Source: Trichinella spiralis
Lineage: Eukaryota
Length of the DNA: 64,000 nucleotides
Assembly: GCF_000181795.1 (NCBI RefSeq)
Contig: NW_003526941.1
Span: 3,594,472-3,658,471 of the forward strand
Direction: 5' to 3'
Below are positions 26,935 through 38,516 of this stretch, piece by piece; positions within the stretch are counted from its first letter, which is position 1, and every line of letters begins with the position of its first letter. The translations under genes and the position numbers were made by a program. The notes below the pieces were generated by a model. That model worked only from the letters and a program-made list of their open reading frames with translations, was not told the origin of the DNA and searched no databases.

Positions 26935-29900
26935 TGGTATTCATCGTCCGCGGTTACTATATGATGAACAGGTTTTTACTGCATAAATTAGAATAGCACC
27001 AAATTGTCACACCGCGATTCCTAACACAGTGCGCCTACTCATAATAAAAATTATATTCATATGTCCTGTTTGCATGTTTCAACTTTGTTTCTTATAACAT
27101 AATTTGTAATCATGAACTGAATAGTCATTCAATGTTACATGTTTAATTACAAAATGTTGCAATTTTATTTTAAAAAATTCACTCACAGTTCAAAAGTTGA
27201 CAGACTTTAAACTGTTAAACCAACAAAATTTATGCAAATTGAAACCTATATTGAATTTTAAACTTACTTTTAGAATGTAAATTGAACTTCCTTGTCGTCT
27301 TTTGACAAATAATATTTCACTTCAAATAACATTTCAAAACTAAAGTTACCGTAAACTTTGAAATATTTAGTAGAACAAAAGTATGACCTACATTCTGTGA
27401 TATAATGAAAATTATTACTTGTATAAAAATGTGCTTAACAATAAATAACAATTACATAACAATCATTGAAAATTATGAAATTCCATTTTTTTATTTTTGA
27501 ATTGACTTTAGTAGAGCATTTTTTATTTTTATATTTTTGTAATATATTTATAAGCTGTTTGCATTTCTTTACTGAAATGATGCGTCTGCTTTTATAAATC
27601 ATATCAATAGCCCGAATAAAAAAATATAATTTTGCATTATATATTAGTTAAAGTTAAAGTTCGAGTTATGCTTCATCTGACTGCCAAGGCTGGTTGTTTT
27701 CATTTTACATTGATTTCGAAATTCATGTTTCCATTCCCAAGAGACGGCTGGCAACGCCGTTTTGAATAGAATCAATTTCTTTTATTAGAGTCAAGTAACA
27801 GGTTGAAAGAAAATTAAAAATTAAAATAAATTTATAAATTATACAAGCGTTCGAACTTATATAAACAAACTGATGCGTATGCATCTTCAAAATGAATTGT
27901 GAGTTCAAAAAAGCATTTTTAGCAAAGTAAAAATTTATTTTAAAGTAAAAACATAATTTTGAAAATGTTACACGTTACATTTAAAAAAATCAAATAAATC
28001 AGTTTTTTACAGTATTTTAAGAGCAATTAGCAGTAATAAATTAAGGAAAAAAACGCCTAATTATCTTAATGTACTGTACATAACCTGCAAGTGTTATTTA
28101 ATTACATTTTTTTACAGTAATTACAATTGCATTTTTTAAGCCAAACGTTAAGCATTATCCTGAATTCATTGAACACTAGATTAACAAACTTAATTTTCAC
28201 CGAGGTAAATTAAATTTTTTTTTATTCGAAGAGTTTAAATCTGAATTTATTAATTATTAATTTTATCTGTAGTTACGAGACGAGGTCAAAATAAAAAAAA
28301 ATAACGAAACATGATTTTTAAGTTTTCGAAAAATAATTTTAAAAAGTTTTTATCTAAAGTTGGTTAGTAAGTATGGAAGTTGATAATTATCCTTCTTTTC
28401 AATGATTTTGAATTTCTTATGCGAATAAAAAAGTCTGAAATAATTATAATTAAAAGAAACTGCAATTTTACTTGTTAGTTTGCTTAACTCATAGTTTCGG
28501 CTTTTCGATTTATTCAAGTGCACTTATTGTAAGTCAGCGATTGGAAAAATTTAATTTGCTCTCCTGTTCCTGCTTATTGATTTAAATATTAACTGAAGTT
28601 GAAATGAATTGAATTTTTATAATTGCAAAATTAGAATTTACAATATTACAATACAAACCAGGTTTGACATGTTAACATTGTAACTTAAAGGAAAGAAACT
28701 TCCAGTTATCAGTATTTACATATAGTGCAAAGTTAAAATTGAAATTGAATAAAGTATAATGTGAATGTTATTGCTGTAGTTGATCATTCATCAGCAGTCG
28801 TTCTTTAATTGATGCTATTTTCTACTTTATTTAAAAGTAAGATTGTTTTATTTTTATCACTGTGAAAACTTCTACTCATTAGATAGATACTTGAATTGTT
28901 TGAACAGCAAATAATGAATTCGAATTGTTTAGTTATTGCTTCATCAGGGTGACATTTGGTGAACAACATTTTGCAATCGAATTGCATTTGTTAAAAATGC
29001 AAAAATAATTCATTAAATAATAAAATAATAACACTTACCGTCAGTTGTGGTGTATTTAATTATTTGGTGATTAGTTGGTGAAGTTTAGGGAAGAAATTTT
29101 AGAAGTAAATTATTTCGTTTATGGATTGATATGTTCACAAAACCAACTGTTCGTATTGATCATTTCAGAGCAAATTTATACTTAGCTGTTTAAGTAGCTG
29201 ATTAAATAACTTTATCTTTCATGCTTTATCATATTTACTTTATTCTGTTGTGAAGAGAAATTTGCATATTATATCAGTCAACAGTGAACATGGATGCAAT
29301 AGTTGAACTAATATGAAAAAGAATTGAATTTTCACCACATTTGCAGTTTAAATTTACTGAAATTAATAATTGAAATTCAGAAAACTGTTTGAAATTTTTC
29401 TTAATCTTAATTCTTGCGAAATATCTTGCTAAGATTGGACAAATTGCCTATAAATAGAGCACAGAAGCTAGTCAGTTTTATTCGATTTACTTGATTATTT
29501 GATAAAAATGAAATTTACACTTAAATTATAAATATCACGAAATGAATATTTTTATTTGGCAAATCAGCGTTGAGAATTAGAAAATTTTCATTCATCAATG
29601 TTAGCTGTATCAACGCTTGCTTGGTTCTATGAAATTTACTTGCACGCTGAAACGTGCATCATTCATTCATGCATGCATGTCGAACGTGCAAAATTTGAAT
29701 CATTCAATTGTTAAGCCCAGTTTTTGCTTTTGCCTCGTTAGCACATTAAACATGCTAATTGTAGTTGTTTTTTTTTTTTGATGCGTTGTATCGCTTGATA
29801 AACAACCAGTTTAAATGTGAATTGCGTGATTTTGGCTTCATCGGTGTTGAAACTGGTTGTACTCTTTGTGCTACATTTCTCCATTTGCACAGTATGTTTG

Positions 29901-31085
29901 TTGCAGTTGTGAAATTATTTATTATTCAAAATAGCTTCATATTCATATTATGATCACCTATTTCAAATGTTATACGGCATTGTTGAAATTGCATAATAAA
30001 GAGCATATTGAAATTTATCATAAAAAATGAAACATTAATAAGCGAGATGGAATTTCTTTTTTCTGCTTTTTATTTGTTTATTTGAGTTTTTTGTTGTTGT
30101 GAGCGTGCAACATTTGTTGCTGAACGTATTTCTCTCATCTGCACGTTGAAGCATCTCTTAAAACGTCAAGCTGCAAGTTGTCTTGGTTTAATTTTATTGA
30201 ACGTGTTGCAAATGTTCTTGCTCAACTGTTTTACACTTGTCAAACGATAATAATGTCATCGGTTTTGGCTTTGGTTATTCTTAGAAATGATGTGTGCGTG
30301 CGTGCGTATGTATGTACTTAATATTTCAGATTTTTGTTTTTCACTTCTGAACTGCTCATCCACTTTTGGTTATTAATTAAAATTATGAAAAATTTATTTT
30401 GTGATTGTTCTTTATTTTTTTAGCATATGCTTATCGACATTTTTCATTGTTGATTAAAATAAAAACGTCCTCTGCTCTGTGCAGTTTCAAAGTTTGGTAT
30501 TGATTGTTCCTTTGGTTATTGCTGAATCTGCTGCTTCTTCTCCGCATTGCGCGTGGTTCTCATTTTTACAAACATGCTTTGCCGTTCTTTTTATTTTCTC
30601 ACAATTTCCCACATTTTTACTTTTATATTATGTTGATTTTGTTCAATGCAAAGCGGTGCTGCTGGACTCGATTTTATTAAGTGAACAGATGGACAAACAT
30701 GTGCGAAATATTACGTTTTCACCTACCCGCCAGTAGTAATATATATTATTTTATACATCTACCCTCAGCCGACCAACTTACTAACTGAATCAACATCTAG
30801 CTAGCTAGCTAGTTATAAATTGAAAATTTAGGTTATCAGCTTAGAGTGAAAGTCAACATTGCCTTCTGCTTTTATTTAAGCAAATATGATGGTTGAACTC
30901 ATTATTTCGTATAGCCCAGTTTAGTCCAATTTGTTAAATGCAGTGCAGCTGAAGAATTATGTGGTCTACTGTATTCCGCGACAGCAATCATCATCCTCTT
31001 TATTATATGTATAATTTAAATTTTGTTTATTTTTAAGACGTTCCATTCTGAGCTGTGCTTTTGATATTGACTTTGTCGTTTGAAA

Positions 31086-31973
31086 ATGGCTTCAAAACAA
31101 GAAACAGTCCCGTTGCAACCGAAAAAAGAACTCGAAGACGTGAAATATGCTATTGTAGCTTTGAAAGAAAGAAGCGCTACAGAGTTTGAAGTAAAATTTG
31201 TCCAGACATATTATAGTTGAAGTGATTATAATCCGAATATATCTTAGAAATTGAAAACATTTTTATGGGATTTGGATCCAACATTACGTCTGCCAGCTAA
31301 AAAGATGTCCAACCCTGCAGCATTGGGCCTCGGCGGATTTGGATGTGCCGTTTTGATGTTTCAAGTGAAAAATATGGGCTTGATCAATCAAGGTCCAACT
31401 GCTTGGGTTGCACTCGTGCTCGGAGGATTGATGCAAGTTTTTGCAGGTATTATTAATAATTTGCACAGTTTCATTTTCCATCTTTCTGATTCTGATTCAT
31501 TCTTTTATTAAGGTTTACAAGAATTTAAAACTGGAAACAATTTTGGTTATGCGGCATTTTCTTGCTTCGGCGGTCTGTGGACTTGCTTCGGTTTGATCGG
31601 CTTTTGCAAAGAAATGAAATATTTTCCAGTAACACAAGCGGACATGGGAGTTTTGTTGATCATTTTCACATTATTCACGTTTATCTTCCTTTATCCGGCA
31701 GCAAAATTGGACATGGTATTATTTCTGATGTTTTTCGATTTGTTTTTGGCATTCGTTGTCGGCGATGTGGCCCATTTTATGGATCTTCCAGATGCCAAGC
31801 CTGTAGAAACAACCAGCGCAGTACTTTTCATGATCGGCGGCTTGCTCGCATTGTACATCATGGCCCATATTATCTACTTGGATGTTTTCAAGAGAGATTT
31901 GCTTCCTGTTGGTCAAGCTCCAATGTTGAAATGGTGTCCTCGATTGGCACACGCCCAACACGAGCAAGTTTAA
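31086..31973 (+). CDS. GPR1/FUN34/YaaH (SatP/AceTr) acetate-succinate channel; exons 31086-31190, 31248-31446, 31513-31973
   Basis: Family signature SNPAALGLGGF, GGLMQVFAG|LQEFKTGNNFGYAAFSCFGGLW, six hydrophobic segments and C-terminal RDLLPVG. Two GT-AG introns (57 and 66 nt) restore a single frame. Confidence 0.92.
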
Positions 31974-34538
31974 TCCTCTGTCGCTTGCTTTTCTCATTTT
32001 ATTCTCTTGCTTCAAACGACAACAACAACAAACAAACAAAAAATGCCAACGTAGTTGCTTCCAATTGCTCTTTAGCATATATCGTTGTTATTTAACTCGC
32101 CAAATATTATTATTATCATTATTATTCATTTGTCATTTTAAATTAGACAAAGTAATAATATACAATTATATTATCATTTCCGCATAATGGAAATCCAGAT
32201 CAATGCTTGTTTTTTGTTTTGTGATATTTTTGCATAACGCATGCTCGAATTGGAATTGCATTTATTGAAATAAAAATGATATGCATGAATTAGAAAATTG
32301 TTCGTTCAGTGTTGATGAAGTTAATTCAAATGAAATTAATGATGATGTGGGATAATATAAATAAAAACTGTGCAATATAAAGTGTCAATGAACGATGAAT
32401 TTTATATAGAAAGACGTGATGCGTTGAAAACAAGTCGAGAAATGACGATATCCCGCCAAGTTCAGTTTTCAGTGTGCCAATTTAGTTAGACTGAAATATA
32501 TTGATCACCGCCAGTGAAACTTTTTGATAAACGGCGCAAAAATTCTTGTCAAGATGCGTACGAATGACATTGTTGTTGTCATTGGCAAAAGCTGTTTTTG
32601 TGTTATTTCGTTGAAACCTAAATATTTCTTAAATATAAATATATACTTTTGCCTGATATTATTCATATTGATAAAATCTCTCATTGGAAAAATGAAAAAT
32701 TGTACAAAAATTAGAGTAGAATTGTTCTCTTCTTCTTCTTCTACAGTATGCTCGAGAAAATTTAATGCTCAAGAAGTGTCATTGTTGTCGTTTTTTGTTT
32801 ATCTTCTCAAATGTGACAAAAAATTAACAATAACCGGTTTTGTTGATTTTAATTCATAAAATTTGCATATTATGCATCATGCAAATGTTTACACGTTAGA
32901 TGACAATCGAACCAGGGAACAAAGAGTTCAGTTTTGCGTTGTTTCAACAATGCCGATAAAGTGTGCAAATGCAAAAACAGCGCTACCGATTGCTGGACGA
33001 CTGCTGCCGACGAAACAATCCGACCTTTGCAGATAGTGCGCTATTTCAACGCTGTCGGATGGACAATATAATTGTCCTCGCGCCATAATGGGTAGTAGGG
33101 TCAGTGGTGCTATAGAAATAAATCAACAACAAAAAACATACATGTATATATATGTATATAACAGAGATAGAAAAAAGGGGGCCAATAGGCGGAGGTGGCG
33201 GCGGTCAGCTGCCAATCGACGAACGTTGACCACCGAGTTTAACGGTCCAATCGAATTTCAGTGCAACAGGTGCCACTGAAAAGTGCACGCCACTGACAGG
33301 CAGGCGGTGCTGAAATGAAATTGCAAATTTGCCACAACCAACAATCCCATTCAAGCAATACAGCAGCTAGGCGTTCTCGCGGTTAGGATTTTTTGTGCAA
33401 CAACAATGATCAACATCTGAACAACAAAAATACCGTCCATTGTGTTGCTTTTTGTTTTTTGAATATTCATTGTTTTCTCAAGCTGCTGTGGAAAGTGGTT
33501 TCATATATTTTCTTCCACATTGCTGATATTTGGAAATATTTTGTTTGTTGTAACATTAGCTGGCTGCTTGTGGTTTTCTTCTCAACTTTTGGACCAACAG
33601 CAACATACATACATACATACAGTTGGAGAGAATAAAAACGTCGTTCATCCGCGTGAACAATTCACGCTCTTTTGTTCGCTGTTGGTGCGGAGCACGTTGG
33701 CCAAGACAATTTTGGTAAGAGAATATTTGCATATTGACAAACAGATAAATAAATAAATAGTTCGTTCACACAAGTGCAAATAACTAAGAACGAACAACAA
33801 CACTGGACCGCAACAATCAGCACTTGTAAATTTTTGCTGTTGCCTAGTTTAATGAATCACGATACAGTTTATGTATCATTTTTTAAATCTTCACTAACAT
33901 TTTTTGCCATTTCAAATTCTCCCATTCAACTTTTAAAATCAATTCTTATCTTGTATGTGAATAACAATACTAATAATAGTATTTCTTCTTGAACACAGTG
34001 TTGTTGATCTTGATTACGTATTTTGTTTTCTTGCAAAATTTTGCAAAAAACATGAAAATAAAAGTTTCTTTTCAATATTTTACACATTTTCTTATCTTTA
34101 GTTTTTTTTTAGTTTTGTTTAACTTTTTTTCAGCTTTGCATGTAAAAATGAATAGAAAATAAAAACATTTCTGCACAAATCGTTCTTTCTATTGTATCTC
34201 TCTCTCCCCCCCCCCTTAGCTTTCTCTCGTCAAGGTAAATTCCAACAGACATTATCTTCCCAGTGAAATCAACATTCTAGAATTAAGATGTGGAAATTGG
34301 TCATCCGGTATTGTCGTTAGAGTTTTCTGCTTGAAAGCATCAACGTTGAATAAGATAGAGGAGACCAGTTTGTTCCCTTTTAACTCGTGTCCTCGAATGG
34401 CCACTTTTCATTGGTTCATTGGAATTGTGACATTTTCTACGACCGTTTTTCACTTAGCTTCTTCTATGTAGCCAACTGAACACCACTGTAGTGGTTCATA
34501 CCTTGTAAAATTATCGTTGTTCTTCTTTTGCAAATTTA

Positions 34539-34542
<4 letters not shown>

Positions 34543-34570
<28 letters not shown>
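34543..34570. repeat. (TA)n microsatellite upstream of fringe
   Basis: Run of TA units followed by (TTTA)n. Confidence 0.9.
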
Positions 34571-34575
<5 letters not shown>

Positions 34576-34643
34576 TTATTTATTTATTGTTTCTTTTTCA
34601 AAGGCTGCATCTCAGTTTGTGCTCATATCCGGTCTGGGCGGTG

Positions 34644-35627
34644 ATGGCCGAATGGGTTCCACCAGTGCAGAATGATCGAAGCAGAAAGTCATCCGCACTT
34701 GTGCTCAGCTGCAGCTTGTTCGGCTTCGGATCTTTACTGCTTGCAGTGTGCTTACTTGGACCGGTAGTCGGAGTACCCCGACCTCATCATCATCAAGATC
34801 AAGAGGATCGTCGACTGTTTCCGCATTATCCGGTGATGGGTGAAAAAACATCCGATGTATTTATAACTGTGAAAACGTCGGGCAGATTTCACAAAAGTCG
34901 AATCGCTAGCATCTTAGATACCTGGTTCCAACTTGCCCCTGGTGATATTTTCTTCATCACCGACCAAGATGATAAGCATTTATCACGGCGCACCGGTGAA
35001 CATGTCATAGCGACTCAGTGTCGAGCTTCGCACAGCTTGCTCGGCTTGTGTTGCAAAATGGGAGTTGAATTTGACAGCTACATTCGCTCGAAGAGAAATT
35101 GGTTTTGTCATTTTGACGACGACAATTATGTTAACGTTCCGCTGTTGAAAAAATTACTTTCCAAATACAATCCGGACAAGGATTGGTATTTGGGGAAACC
35201 GTCGACCAAAATGCCCGTTCACCATCCCGATGATAAAAATGAACCCCGGAAATTTTGGTTCGCCACGGGCGGTGCTGGATTTTGCCTGAGTCGTTCTTTG
35301 GCCAAAAAGTTGGCTCCACTAGCCGCAGACGGTCAGTTTGTTCAAGTTTGCCGTCGACTGTCACTTCCGGACGACGTGTCGATGGGATTTTTGATTGGTC
35401 ACACGTTGGCGACCAATTTGACCATAGTGAAGCAGTTCCATTCCCATTTGGAGCCGCTTTACACGCTCGACCACAGACAACTTGCCGAGCAAGTGTCGTT
35501 GAGTCGCGGTGTAAACGTACCATCAATTTTTGACAACGATCCTTCTCATTTCAAATCCTTGCACTGCTTGCTTTATCCACAAGCATCACTGTGTTTGAAA
35601 ACAACACAATCAAGCGACACTTCTTGA
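34644..35627 (+). CDS. fng: Fringe beta-1,3-N-acetylglucosaminyltransferase (Notch modifier), intronless CDS
   Basis: Type II TM anchor, DVFITVKTSGRFHKSR..ILDTW, LCCKMGVEFD, WFCHFDDDNYVN, YLGKPS, FWFATGGAGFCLS, LPDDVSMG, FHSHLE and DPSHFKSLHCLLYP. Confidence 0.95.
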   Translation: MAEWVPPVQNDRSRKSSALVLSCSLFGFGSLLLAVCLLGPVVGVPRPHHHQDQEDRRLFPHYPVMGEKTSDVFITVKTSGRFHKSRIASILDTWFQLAPGDIFFITDQDDKHLSRRTGEHVIATQCRASHSLLGLCCKMGVEFDSYIRSKRNWFCHFDDDNYVNVPLLKKLLSKYNPDKDWYLGKPSTKMPVHHPDDKNEPRKFWFATGGAGFCLSRSLAKKLAPLAADGQFVQVCRRLSLPDDVSMGFLIGHTLATNLTIVKQFHSHLEPLYTLDHRQLAEQVSLSRGVNVPSIFDNDPSHFKSLHCLLYPQASLCLKTTQSSDTS

Positions 35628-37337
35628 TTATGCACATATCATCTTTTGGTGACAAATTCATTTATATTCATACATACACATACGTATATATATATATATA
35701 TATTTGTTTTTTCTTGTGGTTGAAAATTTTAAAATTTTCTACAAAATAAAGTTTAACCAAAAACTGAACTCAAATTGTCCTTTTATTGTTCATAATTGTT
35801 GCTAAATTTCAACAATAAATTGTTAATTGAAAAATGTTTTCCAAAAAAAAAATAAAATAAAATAAAATGTGCTTACTTATTGAAATATATTGGCTTATTT
35901 GCTTTGATTTGAAACTAGAACAGTGGCAAAGAAAAGTTTGTTCAATCTTTGACCATGAGAAAATTCCCTTGAGTTCAAGCAATTCAGTGAACAATAGCCG
36001 TGTAGCCATTATTGACGGAAATCAACCTTTGCCAACAGTCCTCAGCAACGGTGTTGTCCTTGGAAATAACGAGCGTAAAATAACAAAAAATAGTAATAAT
36101 AATAAATAAAAGCAAGTATATTCTCTTTTTCTGCTTTGGAAAAATATTTCCCTACTCGTTTGATTCAATTATCAATTTTATCCCTTCCAATATATCCTTA
36201 ATTATAGATGTAGATGGTGTTATATTTGTGTTGTAAAATTCCACATTGAAATTCAGTAATAAATGAATGAATGAATGAATGAATGAAAAATTGAAAAATG
36301 AAAATAATTGGGCATTCTTTGTAAGTGTTCGTGAGTTTCTGATTGAATGAGCATAGAAAATTGACTAAAGTAATAAACCCCTTTGTATAAATTATACACT
36401 GTATGAGAAAACTCATTTTCTATATTAAGTTGTAACAAACCGACTGTTCAAAGAAAGTGTTCATGCAGATGTTTTTGAAGTGGAGAAAAACAAAGCGATC
36501 TTTTCTTCCACTATGATCTTGGCAATATGTTGGAATGGCGTTGCCAAGTATTCCCATGCTGATGTCCACAAAGCCGATGATACAACCGATATTTGGCAGG
36601 CTGACGTTGCTGACCCAGTTCAGCATGTTCCCAGCGGAACAGGCTAATTTTTCTGCGCAAATAGCTGGTTATGTAAAACAGAAGACGAAGGAAAAGTCCA
36701 CTCCGAGGTCGATTGCTTGAAAACTTGCCTGCATGTCACATAAAAAGCACACCAATACAGTTGTCAGCAACTTTTTTGTTATCTCCAATAACTGAAAAAT
36801 AAAAATTTCCTTTTATGATAATTTCTACATTTTTTACACAGGCAAAAAAAAAGATTGAACCAGTGGATAAAATGAGGTCGATTGTGGTCAGCAGTTTGGC
36901 AGCTCAAACAAACAAAAATACACATTATCGTCTAGCGGTCATTTTGGGGCAAAAAGGTTGGTCAAGTGCTGACCGGGCAGGTGCTCAACGGTGCAGTTTC
37001 CACAAGACCATATTGACCTGTTGAACAGAAGAATAAGGACGGCCACTGGTCATCCATCCCCCATCCACTGACCCGTTTCTGATGTACAATATAATGTGGA
37101 CCATCTCCGTTGTACACTGATCTAAAAAGAGAAATGGGAAAAATTAAATATTTTCAACACAGCTTAACCTGATCGATCAATAAAACCGAAACTTGGCAAA
37201 GTGGTCAAACTTTTCCCATGCACATTTTAAAAAGCAGTCATATATTTATTTTTATGCATGAAAAATAAAACTGTTTAAAAATATATTTCATTTGGTAAAG
37301 AAAAGACAACTAAAAATTCATAATCAAATAAAACCTG

Positions 37338-37376
<39 letters not shown>

Positions 37377-38516
37377 CGATAACATTTAATTGAACATGTC
37401 TTTTCCAATTATTTTCAAAGTCAAGTAAACATTCTTCTTCATTTGCATCACGTATGGTAAATGAAATTTTATCAAACAATTATAAAATGATCGATGAATT
37501 TTCAAGTTAAACATCATCAATATTGCATTGCATTCCTTCGATGGAATCATTACAGTCACCATTTGTTACCGTTAAAACCGGTTTTAACAATGAACGTATT
37601 ATTGAATTTAAAGTATTATTTTCGTTTTGTCACCTTATTGATTGGTATCAATAAATTGTGCATTTCTCGTGGTAATAAAAAATTTGTTTTTTAATTTATC
37701 AAATGAATTTTATTAATTTTTTTATATGCGTTTGGGTTGAATTAATTTCAACTTTGATTGCGTACTGTTTTACCAGAATTAGTTTTCCGTTACATTTTTT
37801 TCAAGTTTGCTTCATCGTTTACTACTTGAAATTTCGCATTTGACTTTGAAAATACTTCATTTCATATCATCACATCCGCAAGTTTGTGCAAAATGCATTA
37901 CTTGGTTCAATAATTGACGGCAAATTATTCACTTTCGATTTTTACTTTCAACTTTGGACGCTTTTATTTGAAAACATATTTGATTAATTGAAAAGTAATT
38001 CTGCTTTTAATGTGACTTCAGTTTGCTTCAAGAATGTCAAAGTGAAATTTTAAGTGGCTTTCAGAATCGCCAAACGACGACGCCACATGCTTTTTAACAA
38101 ATGATCCGAAATTCCAAGCTTCCACAAATCTGCTTCAAAAACTAGCCTCGAGATAAATGGCACCAGCAAATGTTGAAGCGGCAGCGTTCAGAAGGGGGCT
38201 ATTAAAATTTTTATGCTCACCATAAATTTCACCAGTTGCTAATAAATTGACAACAACAGCTGTCAATTCGGCAAGCAAACTTTTCTTCCACTTTCTTCTC
38301 CAATTTTCTCTTAAAGCTACAATTTTTCAAAACGAACATTTTACAACATTGCTTAAGTTGCTCAAATTTACGCTAAATTTGTTCACTGTTCAAAAATATT
38401 TGTCAAGTTATACGTCACACTATTACAAGTGAAAAGCAATAAATTTATGAAAAAAATATATACACATGCATATAAATAAATGAATAAATAAATAAATAAA
38501 TATATATATATATATA

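Noticed and set aside
31086..31973. Bacterial contamination as the explanation for the SatP gene
   Set aside because: It has two spliceosomal introns and AT-rich flanks continuous with eukaryotic sequence.
36192..36200. ATATCCTT resembling a U12-type 5' splice site
   Set aside because: Intergenic, not at any exon boundary, and I found no matching branch site or acceptor.
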